From contig CAVXVB010000007.1 in NCBI GenBank assembly GCA_963765205.1, positions 224,001-288,000 on the forward strand: a stretch of DNA of 64,000 nucleotides, read 5' to 3'. The position numbers were made by a program, and so were the translations under genes. Below the pieces are notes generated by a model. It was given only the letters and a program-made list of their open reading frames with translations. It was not told the DNA's origin and did not search any database. Positions 13,913-22,528 of this stretch are shown here, piece after piece. This DNA is from an uncultured Verrucomicrobiae bacterium. GTDB lineage: Bacteria > Verrucomicrobiota > Verrucomicrobiia > Opitutales > JABDGR01. Position 1 is the first letter of the stretch. Every line of letters starts with the position of its first letter.

Positions 13913-14145
13913 ACACCTCCGAGCAACAACGGCGGCTGGAAGCGTGGTATGCGAAGGCGCAAAACTACGACAAGTCGTGGCTCGCGCCGCATTTCAGCAC
14001 TTGGCGCAAGGGCAAGTCGCGGCCTCGTGGCGAACCGCCGCCCGCGTCAACCAGCACGGTATTTGACCGCCTGGTGAAGCTCGGTGTCCTCGAAAAAATC
14101 GAAGGGCCGATTTCAAAACGGCGTGAATGGGAGGAAGGAACATGA
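13909..14145 (+). CDS. Small basic hypothetical protein (orf78), possibly DNA-binding
   Basis: 78-aa ORF with ATGA overlaps at both ends. Confidence 0.6.
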   Translation: MNTSEQQRRLEAWYAKAQNYDKSWLAPHFSTWRKGKSRPRGEPPPASTSTVFDRLVKLGVLEKIEGPISKRREWEEGT

Positions 14146-15302
14146 ACGCCCTCATCCCAGCCCGGGCGTGCGAGGGGCCGGATGCGCCCGCGTCAGCGGG
14201 CGCGCCGGCCCCCGCCGCCCGAAGCGGCGAGCGTAGCGAGCCGCTTCCTTGTCAACTAATCATTAACAGAGACGAAACAGCTTCGTCGGCTTCCAAGCCC
14301 AACCCACAAAGCAACTTACAAAGCGACAATACCTCGTATCAAAAAAAGGCCGCTTACGCCCTCCACCTCAACTTAGCCAATTTCATTGATACGGCTGGCA
14401 TTGACCATGTCCTGGAATGGACGCTCACTTTTGAGAAGAAGGTTTACGATTACGAAGAAGCGCAACGGGCCTTCCATAGCCTGAGCCGTCGCATCCTGCC
14501 GAAATACTTCCCTGGCACCTGGTGGCGGGTCATTGAACGCCATGCCGACGGAGCCTGGCACTTTCATTTGCTGGTCCAGGTGCCGGTTGATGTCCGCACT
14601 GGTTTCAATTTCCAATCATTCGAGGCCGCCAAGCGCCGGGCCAAGACCCACGGCCAGGACGGCGTCTATCGGATGCTCATGCGCGAGGCTGCGCCGCTTG
14701 ATCACCCCATCCGCGCCCTCTGGAAAGCCATCGGACTCGACCTTTGGGGCAAGCCTGCACGGTCAAAGAATCGCCATCCTGGCCGTCATGGGACTGGCAA
14801 GCGAGCTGCACGGCGTCGTCTGCGCCGGTATAAGTTTGGGCGCTTTCAACTCTGCCCCATTCGCACCTGTGGCAAGGCCATGGGTCGCTACCTCTCCGGT
14901 TACCTCGCCAAAGGCTACGCGGACCGTAAACCCGGCGAAAAACGCTACCGCCTCTATGGCTGCTCCCGAGCGGCATCCAAAAAACGCATGGCTGGGGCGC
15001 AATTCTGCTGGGTCGGTGGCAATGCCAGGGTCTGGCGAAAGAAAGTCGCCCTGGTCGCCCAACGCTTCGGCTGCCGCGACATGGATTCACTCAACCGCCT
15101 CTTTGGCCGCCGCTGGGCCTACAAACTCCGCGAATTCATCCTGGCCCTCAACGTCCCTCATCCTCCCGACCTCGCCAAGTTTAGCGAAAGCGCCCGGCAG
15201 GAATACGAGCAATCCCTCCAACGCCAAAACGAACCCATCCTCGACACCATCTGTCTCCACGCCCAATACCACGCCCTGAGCCGCATCAATCGCGCGAGAT
15301 AG
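14142..15302 (+). CDS. HUH-family rolling-circle replication initiator
   Basis: Motif 1 WTLTF, motif 2 ERHADGAWHFHLLV (HUH), motif 3 YLSGYLAKG (two Tyr). Confidence 0.88.
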   Translation: MNALIPARACEGPDAPASAGAPAPAARSGERSEPLPCQLIINRDETASSASKPNPQSNLQSDNTSYQKKAAYALHLNLANFIDTAGIDHVLEWTLTFEKKVYDYEEAQRAFHSLSRRILPKYFPGTWWRVIERHADGAWHFHLLVQVPVDVRTGFNFQSFEAAKRRAKTHGQDGVYRMLMREAAPLDHPIRALWKAIGLDLWGKPARSKNRHPGRHGTGKRAARRRLRRYKFGRFQLCPIRTCGKAMGRYLSGYLAKGYADRKPGEKRYRLYGCSRAASKKRMAGAQFCWVGGNARVWRKKVALVAQRFGCRDMDSLNRLFGRRWAYKLREFILALNVPHPPDLAKFSESARQEYEQSLQRQNEPILDTICLHAQYHALSRINRAR

Positions 15303-15649
15303 GCCAGGTGCAGGGGCGGCCTGAGCCTCCTGCTACCGACAAGCTGAATCCACCCTTTACCGCCAATGCCTTGGCTCGATGCCGCCGGTTAAGCGCAGTC
15401 CGTGCAAAACTTGTTTTGTGACGGTCTGCGTCAGGCGGTCGAAATCATGTGCCCGCAGTCCGGCGCGCGGATGGGCGGGAGATGAAGCGCATGCGAAGCG
15501 GACGCACAGTAGCGCCCCGGTCTGCGGGATGGACGCAAAATTGCTTTTGACTCACTGTTGACCAATCAGTTACATGTAGCAGCTACTCACGCTAGCACTG
15601 ACAAAGTGTCGGCATTTCGTACCTTCTGTCCGGTTCCTTGCTTCATGCC

Positions 15650-15820
15650 ATGATTGATCATCAAAAGCGTATCGAGGCTGAATTGGAGAAGGTGCGCAAG
15701 CGACTGCTTGATCTTTCTCATGCAAACAGACTGCTTAATTTTCGTCAGACAAAACGATCAACAATCAGAATCGTCCATGAGTCACCAGATATCGGGCTGT
15801 TGCGACGCAAATACAATTAA
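15650..15820 (+). pseudogene. N-terminal fragment of a DUF4011-type helicase
   Basis: LEKVRKRLLDLSHANRLLNFR resembles the DUF4011 protein start; stops after about 56 aa. Confidence 0.65.
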
Positions 15821-16416
15821 GTCAGCTAAATTGGCTATCAATGCAGCGCAGATAATCGCAAGAGGCACTCCAACTGATGCCGGCATTCTGAGAAATCCCG
15901 CGTGGGATGGGCCCAATGCAGGAGCTTCAAGGTTAATTGAAATTGTCGAATTTCTACAAGCCGAACGAAGTAATCTAAATTTACTCTTAAAGACTGCAGC
16001 TTTTGATTCTTCTGCCGCAGATTTATATCTCGGCCTCAAGTCTCTTAACCAGAGAAAATCCAGATCAAACTAACCCTGGACTCTCACCAGATGAGGCCGT
16101 GGAGGTTTTTAATGAATTGAAAAGCAGGGATCTAATTCAGAATCAGGTCATTAAGGATCAAGGTATAAATGGAGGAATTCCGTTTTTAGCCTACAAAATT
16201 AATGCCAACCGCAAGGTTGAGTGGATGGAGACCATAGGTAAAACGGGTATTATTGAACTGTGGCTTAAACCATGGGCGCGGTATATTTGGGGTACAAAGG
16301 CAACGGCAATCAAGGCCTTTTTCTGCGCAGTTGCTTTAGCCTTTTTCGTTAAACTGTCGGGGAACTTTGCAGACTACACTTGGGGCCTCCTGCGCTACAT
16401 ATGGCGACGTTTCTGA
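15777..16416 (+). CDS. AT-rich cargo, one frameshifted or two overlapping hypothetical ORFs, C-terminal hydrophobic helix
   Basis: ORFs 15777-16073 and 16003-16416 overlap; C-terminal AIKAFFCAVALAFFVKL. Confidence 0.45.
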
Positions 16417-16435
16417 GCAGTATATTCTGGAATAA

Positions 16436-17383
16436 TTATAAATTTGGATTTTTGCCAAACAGCGCCGCTGACCGTTGTTCCATCAGGCGATGGTATTTAT
16501 CGCGAAGTGCTGCTGGGAGGAAGCTGCGCTTGATTAAATCTCTCCATTGAGGAAGCGCCGCCCTTAGATCGGCCATGATGCGCGCGGCTGTGCGGTCATT
16601 AAGACCCAGGCGTTGGCGGGCGAGGTAGTCGGTCAAATCCCCGGGACTCAATTTCCGTTTTTTTCCATTAAGCGGCAGGGCGCTTTCCTCCTGCGGCGGC
16701 GGCAGGTGAATCGTCGTGTTGAGAAAGTCATAACAGGGCGCAAGTTTGATTACGCCTTCCAAGGTAATGACGGAATAATTCTTCAGGTGCATGTCTTCAT
16801 TGCCCAACTGCCAGTTCACGAGGAAGCGGCGATAAAAGTCAGCCAGTTCAATGCTGGGAAAGGTGCAGCGCTGCTGAATAATTTTGATCACGTCCTCGAC
16901 TGATGCGCTATACTTCGATTCACGGCTGGCGCCACTGAGTTGGGCAAAGTCTTCCACGGCCACTCTCTGATCCCGGTCCACCCGGTCAAATCGCCGAATC
17001 CAATAGACCAGGCTGTCGTCTTTTGCATAGAGCATTCCATGGTCGGGCACCGCCAACCCGGCGATTTGGGCCAGGGTCATGGTCAGCGCCTCGTTTTCGG
17101 GCAAGTTGGGATACTGCGGATTCTGCGGCTTGAGGATAAAGCGCCCGCCCTGATCCACAATTTCCATCCGCCCCTCTTTGATGCGCAGCACCGCGCTAAG
17201 CTTGGGCTGCACGCCCTGAATGGACATCTTGGGCGCACGCGCCGCGGCCTCTTGAATCAGCGCGGCGGAATCGAAGGGCAAGGGAGCCAGGCGCTGCAAT
17301 TGCGGATGCAAGCGCCGCAGGCCAGCGGGCGAAAAATCGCCGGCCTTGGGCACGACCTCGTAAGTAATGGGGCAGCGGTTCAT
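16436..17383 (-). CDS. HipA-family kinase toxin (HipT-like, kinase domain only)
   Basis: MSIQGVQPKLS, ILKP, ENEALTM, RRFDR, EDFAQL, GNEDMHLKNYS, LAPCYDFLNT. Confidence 0.93.
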   Translation of the reverse strand: MNRCPITYEVVPKAGDFSPAGLRRLHPQLQRLAPLPFDSAALIQEAAARAPKMSIQGVQPKLSAVLRIKEGRMEIVDQGGRFILKPQNPQYPNLPENEALTMTLAQIAGLAVPDHGMLYAKDDSLVYWIRRFDRVDRDQRVAVEDFAQLSGASRESKYSASVEDVIKIIQQRCTFPSIELADFYRRFLVNWQLGNEDMHLKNYSVITLEGVIKLAPCYDFLNTTIHLPPPQEESALPLNGKKRKLSPGDLTDYLARQRLGLNDRTAARIMADLRAALPQWRDLIKRSFLPAALRDKYHRLMEQRSAALFGKNPNL

Positions 17384-17703
17384 GTCACGGCCTCCACGGT
17401 GACATCCCCCACCAAGTCCTGGCCCACCACGATCAGTTGGCCAAAAAAATCACTGCGGTCAAGTTTGCGCGCTTTGAGCAACGCCTCCAGTTGCATCCCT
17501 TCCGGCAGCAGGCCGTCAAAAAATGGTGGAAAGCTTTTCCATTCCCATTCGCGTTGATCAATCGGCATCGTCAGGGACACGGGCGGCCCTTGGTAGGATT
17601 CGTCGTAGGAGAATCGAAAGCCTCCCGGTGTTTCCTCCAAAACGCCGGCGAGCACCCGCGCCTTGAACACCTTGGCCTTGCGAAAGATGGTCTTCGTGCT
17701 CAT
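17380..17703 (-). CDS. HipA N-terminal domain protein (HipS-like)
   Basis: AGVLEE...FSYDESY.GPPVSLTMP...FPPFFDGLLPEG...DLVGDVTV. Confidence 0.9.
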   Translation of the reverse strand: MSTKTIFRKAKVFKARVLAGVLEETPGGFRFSYDESYQGPPVSLTMPIDQREWEWKSFPPFFDGLLPEGMQLEALLKARKLDRSDFFGQLIVVGQDLVGDVTVEAVT

Positions 17704-17918
17704 GTGAGCGGAACCTCCTCTTTGCCAAGCGGCGATTTTGCCGTCACGCGAATGTTCAGCGCGCGCAAAACGCGCACCAGGGTTTCGTAACGAACGGTGG
17801 TTTTGCCATTTTCCAAATCCCAGATTACAGTCTTACCCACGCCCGCAAGCTCTGCCAATTGCTGCTGGGTCAGTCCAGCAGCCTTGCGGGTTTGAACAAT
17901 CAGGTCTACGAGGCTCAT
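17700..17918 (-). CDS. XRE/HTH regulator (HipB-like)
   Basis: RKAAGLTQQQLAELAGVGKTVIWDLENGK; coupled to the hipS-like ORF. Confidence 0.9.
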   Translation of the reverse strand: MSLVDLIVQTRKAAGLTQQQLAELAGVGKTVIWDLENGKTTVRYETLVRVLRALNIRVTAKSPLGKEEVPLT

Positions 17919-18076
17919 TACTGTTAAGGCGGTAAAAGACCTGTTTTATTGTCAAAATCGGCCAGCTTTGCAACTAAAATCTAAATTTATACCGCTTCGG
18001 CGGTATTACTTTGACAATTTCCTAGGGATGTTTTCCGTTTTCGCCTTTGGAGGCAAGCATTACCGCTGAGGCGGTA
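17919..18076. promoter_or_regulatory. Three palindromic operators TACCGC-N4-GCGGTA
   Basis: 17919-17934 (TACTGTTAAGGCGGTA), 17990-18005, 18061-18076; starts are 71 bp apart. Confidence 0.75.
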
Positions 18077-18155
18077 AATTTAATCGAGAAAACAACTTTT
18101 AATTAATTGATGAAATAGTGATTGACGAAACGTTTTTTTAGACTATTTTGGTTTC

Positions 18156-18878
18156 ATGAGCGAAAATTCATTCCCTTTTGTAGTCGTCCCGCCCGAGATG
18201 GAAAAGATCATTGGCACGCGGGTCGGGCCCTCGCATGTCTGGCGTCAGTCAGGCTCTGAGGAAGAATGCTCGGCTTGGTTTGATGCCCTTTGCGAGTGCG
18301 CGGGCCGATGCGTAAGCCCCGGCGGCGTTAGCATGTATTGCCCGGTTTCCCGCGCCGCAGTGCATCGGCGGGTCAAAGACGGCAAACTCTCCTTGTTCCT
18401 GTTTCATGTAACAGAGAACAAAACGGGTCTATTTCGACGCGGCCGCGAGGTTCGCACTTCACCTTACGGCTTCGTCCCGGTGAGTGAATGCAAGGCTTGG
18501 AAAAAAGAATTCGAGGACCGGGCGGTGCGCCAAGAAGAGATCACCCGGGAGGAATTAGAAGGGGCCAAACCGGACTGGGATGGTGAGTTTATCCAGTGGG
18601 ACTCCCGCTGGCAGCGCGAACAACTTGAAGTTGGCGGGCCGCGCGACATTGATCTGGCCATTAAATTGTCCAAGACGGAAATCGAGAGTTTGAATAGATG
18701 GGCGAAAGGTTTCGGAATGGCGGATGGAAAAGCACTGGCCACGATGATTTTGGGCGACGCCATCTATGGCGGACTGAGCGCATATAGCTTTATGAAGCTC
18801 GGCATGAAAATGGCCCGGATGATCGAAAAATCCGGCATCGGAGTCGTCGAATGGAAGGAATTCTTCAAATGGAGCTAA
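18156..18878 (+). CDS. Hypothetical protein with possible HTH segment
   Basis: 240-aa ORF; SPGGVSMYCPVSRAAVHRRVKDGKL resembles an excisionase/MerR-like HTH. Confidence 0.6.
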   Translation: MSENSFPFVVVPPEMEKIIGTRVGPSHVWRQSGSEEECSAWFDALCECAGRCVSPGGVSMYCPVSRAAVHRRVKDGKLSLFLFHVTENKTGLFRRGREVRTSPYGFVPVSECKAWKKEFEDRAVRQEEITREELEGAKPDWDGEFIQWDSRWQREQLEVGGPRDIDLAIKLSKTEIESLNRWAKGFGMADGKALATMILGDAIYGGLSAYSFMKLGMKMARMIEKSGIGVVEWKEFFKWS

Positions 18879-18880
18879 AA

Positions 18881-19096
18881 ATGCACAATTCAAATTCCAC
18901 CACCTCTAGCGAACCTGACCGACGCCTGCGCAAGCCGGAAGTGCTCAAGCTCATTGGCTATGAAAATCGCACTTTCTATCGGCGGATTGCGGCTGGACAT
19001 TTCCCAAAGCCGGAAAAAGATGGCCGGATGTCGTTCTGGCGGTTGAGCCAGGTGCAAAAATTCTTGGGCAATAACAACGGAGGGCAAACCACATGA
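18881..19096 (+). CDS. AlpA-family regulator / excisionase
   Basis: RLRKPEVLKLIGYENRTFYRRIAAGHFPKPEKDGRMSFWRLSQVQKFL. Confidence 0.88.
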   Translation: MHNSNSTTSSEPDRRLRKPEVLKLIGYENRTFYRRIAAGHFPKPEKDGRMSFWRLSQVQKFLGNNNGGQTT

Positions 19097-20574
19097 GATT
19101 TCGCGTTTACATTCCCCACCGCAACGAGGTGAGCAAAACCCGCCGCAAAATCTACTTTGCGGAGTTGCGCATTGATAACGAGCACAAGCCCGTTTTCCGC
19201 AGTCTTGGCACGACGGACAAGCGCGTGGCCGACAAGAGGGCGGAGGCGTTGTTTCAACAGTTGCAACAGGAGGCCGCCGGCGTGCCGACAGTAAAGGCGC
19301 TCACGGAATGGGCAGATCAGTCCCTCGCCAGTTTATCCGAGTCGTTCCTGCGCGATCTCCAAGCCCGCAAAAAATCGAAGGCTACGGTTCGCAAATATGG
19401 AATCGTGCTGGCGAAGTTATTCAAGGAATGCGGCTGGACCACCTTGCGCGACCCGAACGCCGTGCGCTTTGATGAATGGCGGGTTACAGCGGGGCGGAAG
19501 CCGAAAACACTCCATGACTACCTGGGCATCGCCAAAGAGTTCTTCAATTGGCTCGTGAAAAAAGGCTTGCTTCCTAAAAACCCGCTGGAAAATACCGATC
19601 AGGTCAAGCTGCTGGATGAGGATGATTTCCGGTTTGCGCTCTCCCATGAGCAATTAAGCCAGCTTTTCAAGTCGGCGCCCGATATGCGGGCCTTCATCTA
19701 TCGGGTGCTCTACTACACCGCCCTGCGGCGCAACGAGGCCAACCACCTGACCTGGGATAACATCAAATTGGACATCGAGCGCCCGGTCATCATCGTCAAG
19801 GCGTCGGTCGGCAAGAATCGCAAGCCGGACATCATCGAAATCGCCCCGGCCATTTTGCAAGAACTTCGCGATTTTCGTCCGGCAAACTGGCAACCCGAGG
19901 CGCGGGCCTTCTTCGGCCATGTCCCCAAAGTCGAAACGCTGCGGAAAGACCTGCTCAAGGCCGGGATCAAGCCGGAAGACACTTTGGGCCGCCGATTCGA
20001 CCTGCACGCCTTCCGCAAGACTCTGGGCACACATATGGCGCAAGCGGGGGTGCCGATGCACATTACGCAACGCGCCTTGCGGCACCGTGACATCAAGCAG
20101 ACAACGAAATACTACACGGACAAGGCGCTCCTTTCGACCCAGGGCGCGTTTGCCAGCATCGCGGAGTTTTGGAAAGTCTCTCAAGACCCCGAAAATGGCC
20201 GGGTACTTGAAGGAGGCACCGACGATAGGGGCATTTCAGGGCCTTTCATGTCACGCATTGACAATAATGGATACGGAGCGCCTCCTCCGCAAACCCCTGA
20301 AGATGAGCCTTCTAGGCACGTTCTGACACCGGTTGACACTGAAGAAAAATGGTCGGGCTGGAGAGATTCGAACTCTCGACCTCTTGCACCCCATGCAAGC
20401 GCGCTACCAGGCTACGCTACAGCCCGAATTGATACCTCTGAGACCGGGGAAGGGTTAAGGCTACAGGCTCGCCGCAGGAGCGCAAGGAGAAAAGGAGGCG
20501 GGGCTAAAGCTGGGGGTTTTTGGGGTTTAGCGTCTGCGGACGGCTCGGAGAGCCGTCCCTATCAAACTGCGTGA
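19093..20574 (+). CDS. Tyrosine recombinase/integrase (frame runs through the att core and antisense across tRNA-Pro)
   Basis: YTALRRNE (R), K in KASVGKNRK, HAFRKT (HxxR), LRHRDIKQTTKYY (H...Y). Confidence 0.95.
   Translation: MRFRVYIPHRNEVSKTRRKIYFAELRIDNEHKPVFRSLGTTDKRVADKRAEALFQQLQQEAAGVPTVKALTEWADQSLASLSESFLRDLQARKKSKATVRKYGIVLAKLFKECGWTTLRDPNAVRFDEWRVTAGRKPKTLHDYLGIAKEFFNWLVKKGLLPKNPLENTDQVKLLDEDDFRFALSHEQLSQLFKSAPDMRAFIYRVLYYTALRRNEANHLTWDNIKLDIERPVIIVKASVGKNRKPDIIEIAPAILQELRDFRPANWQPEARAFFGHVPKVETLRKDLLKAGIKPEDTLGRRFDLHAFRKTLGTHMAQAGVPMHITQRALRHRDIKQTTKYYTDKALLSTQGAFASIAEFWKVSQDPENGRVLEGGTDDRGISGPFMSRIDNNGYGAPPPQTPEDEPSRHVLTPVDTEEKWSGWRDSNSRPLAPHASALPGYATARIDTSETGEGLRLQARRRSARRKGGGAKAGGFWGLASADGSESRPYQTA
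20350..20426 (-). tRNA. tRNA-Pro(GGG)
   Basis: Reverse complement CGGGCTGTAGCGTAGCCTGGTAGCGCGCTTGCATGGGGTGCAAGAGGTCGAGAGTTCGAATCTCTCCAGCCCGACCA; anticodon loop ATGGGGT; CCA end. Confidence 0.96.
20536..20562. repeat. REP-like palindrome
   Basis: GGACGGCTC-GGA-GAGCCGTCC-CTAT; near-identical copy at 40561-40587. Confidence 0.7.
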
Positions 20575-20800
20575 CCGCCCCGCCGATTCTGCGCTTGCGT
20601 TCGGGGCGGCGGCCTATACTGTCTCCCTTTTCCCCTCATGCGGGTGCCGATGGCGGCATGGGGGCCTCAACCCAATCTCCATCGGAATTTAACCCATCCA
20701 CCGTTTACCCAGATCCTAGGTTCTGGTTGTTTGGCCCCCCCGCCGCACTCCGCGGCCGGCGATGGTACCCAACGACCGGGATACGGAGCCAGTTCCCCTC

Positions 20801-21670
20801 ATGAATATCACCGTCAAAGACCTGCTCGACGCCGGCGTCCACTTCGGCCACCAAAAACGCCGCTGGAACCCCAAATCCAAACCCTACATCTTCGACCACC
20901 GCCAGGGGGTCTCGATTATTGACCTCGAAAAAACGCACCGCCTGCTCGAAGCTGCGGCGCGCTATGTCGAGGACACCGTGGCCGCCGGGGGCGACATCCT
21001 GCTCATCGGCACCAAGAAACAGGCCCAGGAAATCGTGCGCGAGGCCGCGACCACGACCAACATGCCTTTCTGCGTCAGCCGCTGGATGGGTGGCACGCTG
21101 ACCAATTACGCCACGGTCAAAAACAGCCTCGAAAAATACCGCCGCTTTTTGCGCATGGAGACGGACGGCCAGCTCGACAAGCTGCCCAAGAAGGAAGCCT
21201 CCGCCATCCGCCGCGAGATGGCCCGCATGCACCGCAATTTCGAGGGGATGCTAACCATGACCTCCCTGCCCGCGGCGCTCTTTGTCATCGACACCAAGAC
21301 GGAATACATCGCCGTGGCCGAGGGCAACCGCATCGGCGTGCCCATCGTTGCGCTGGTGGACACGAACTCCGACCCGTCGCTGACGAAATACCCCATTCCC
21401 GGCAACGACGACGCGGTGAAGTCCATCCGCCTGATCACCGACGTGATCCTGGAGGCCATTCAAAACGGCCTGGCCCGGCGCGAGGTCAAGACCGCGCAAC
21501 GCGGCCTGGCGCCCATCGTGCGCCCCGAGTTCCAGGAAGTGCAGCCGGAAGTCACCATTGCCGCCGACATCGTGGTCGCCGAGGAGGAGGAAGAGCCCCT
21601 GGCGGCCCCGCGCCCCTTTGTGCGCCGTGCCAAGCGCCCCGCCGGCGACAAGTCCGAAAAACCCGAATAA
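20801..21670 (+). CDS. rpsB: 30S ribosomal protein S2
   Basis: LLDAGVHFGHQKRRWNPK, RWMGGTLTN, DTNSDP, IPGNDDAVKSI. Confidence 0.99.
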   Translation: MNITVKDLLDAGVHFGHQKRRWNPKSKPYIFDHRQGVSIIDLEKTHRLLEAAARYVEDTVAAGGDILLIGTKKQAQEIVREAATTTNMPFCVSRWMGGTLTNYATVKNSLEKYRRFLRMETDGQLDKLPKKEASAIRREMARMHRNFEGMLTMTSLPAALFVIDTKTEYIAVAEGNRIGVPIVALVDTNSDPSLTKYPIPGNDDAVKSIRLITDVILEAIQNGLARREVKTAQRGLAPIVRPEFQEVQPEVTIAADIVVAEEEEEPLAAPRPFVRRAKRPAGDKSEKPE

Positions 21671-21694
21671 TAATTTCCCGCAATATTTCCTCCC

Positions 21695-22285
21695 ATGGCC
21701 GACATTTCCGCTACGATGGTCAACGAGCTGCGCGCCAAAACCGGCGCGGGCCTGATGGACTGCAAACGCGCGCTGGTCGAGAACCAGGGCGACCAGAACG
21801 CCGCCGCCGAATGGCTGCGCAAAAAAGGCATCGCCTCCGCCGTGAAAAAGGCCGACCGCGCGGCCAAGGAGGGCCTCATCTCCTCCTACATCCACCTCGG
21901 CGGCAAGGTCGGCGTGCTCATCGAAGTGAATTGCGAGACGGATTTCGTGGCCAAGACCGACGAGTTTCAGAATCTTGCCAAGGACCTCTGCATGCAAATC
22001 GCGGCGGCCAGCCCGCTCTTTGTCACCCGTGAGCAAGTGCCGGTGGAACTGCTCGACAAGGAAAAGGAAATCGCCGCGGCGCAGGTGGCCGGCAAGCCGG
22101 CGCCCGCGGTCGAGAAAATCGTGCAGGGCAAAATTGACAAGTGGTTCGGCACCGTCTGCCTGCTCGAACAGCCCTTCGTGCGCGACCAGAACAAAACCGT
22201 GAAGGAATACGTCTCCGAGGCCATCGCGCGCACGGGCGAGAATATTGTCGTGCGCCGGTTTGTCCGGTATGCGATTGGGGATTAG
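21695..22285 (+). CDS. tsf: Elongation factor Ts (short form)
   Basis: VNELRAKTGAGLMDCKRAL, EVNCETDFVAK. Confidence 0.98.
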   Translation: MADISATMVNELRAKTGAGLMDCKRALVENQGDQNAAAEWLRKKGIASAVKKADRAAKEGLISSYIHLGGKVGVLIEVNCETDFVAKTDEFQNLAKDLCMQIAAASPLFVTREQVPVELLDKEKEIAAAQVAGKPAPAVEKIVQGKIDKWFGTVCLLEQPFVRDQNKTVKEYVSEAIARTGENIVVRRFVRYAIGD

Positions 22286-22528
22286 GGGCGCTTTCGGCGC
22301 GTTTGATGCGAGGCGCGGCCTGACAACCATTTGGCCGGGTGTCGGTTTGGGCTTGGCTTCGCTGGCCTGGCCGGCGGCCGGAAGCATTTCAAACTATCCC
22401 AACCGGCCCTATTCTTGGCGCGATTATGGAGTTTCCATTCTCCGCCGCGCCATTATCCTCGGAGGCGAAACAGCAGTATTTTCGGTGGCCACTGAACCTT
22501 GGTCCCTTTGCCGCACCCCTTTCCCGCC

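Larger units (their letters stand above)
13681..20375. mobile_element. tRNA-Pro-integrated small element with rolling-circle Rep (predicted circle 6665 bp)
   Basis: 30-bp direct repeat at both ends; contains integrase, AlpA, HUH Rep and AT-richer cargo. Confidence 0.92.

Noticed and set aside
20376..20574. Integrated-state integrase tail as a conserved domain
   Set aside because: It is the antisense of tRNA-Pro plus host spacer and REP sequence; probably fortuitous.
21695..22285. Truncated EF-Ts
   Set aside because: Short ~200-aa EF-Ts is a known natural form; the ORF ends in the normal RRFVRY motif.
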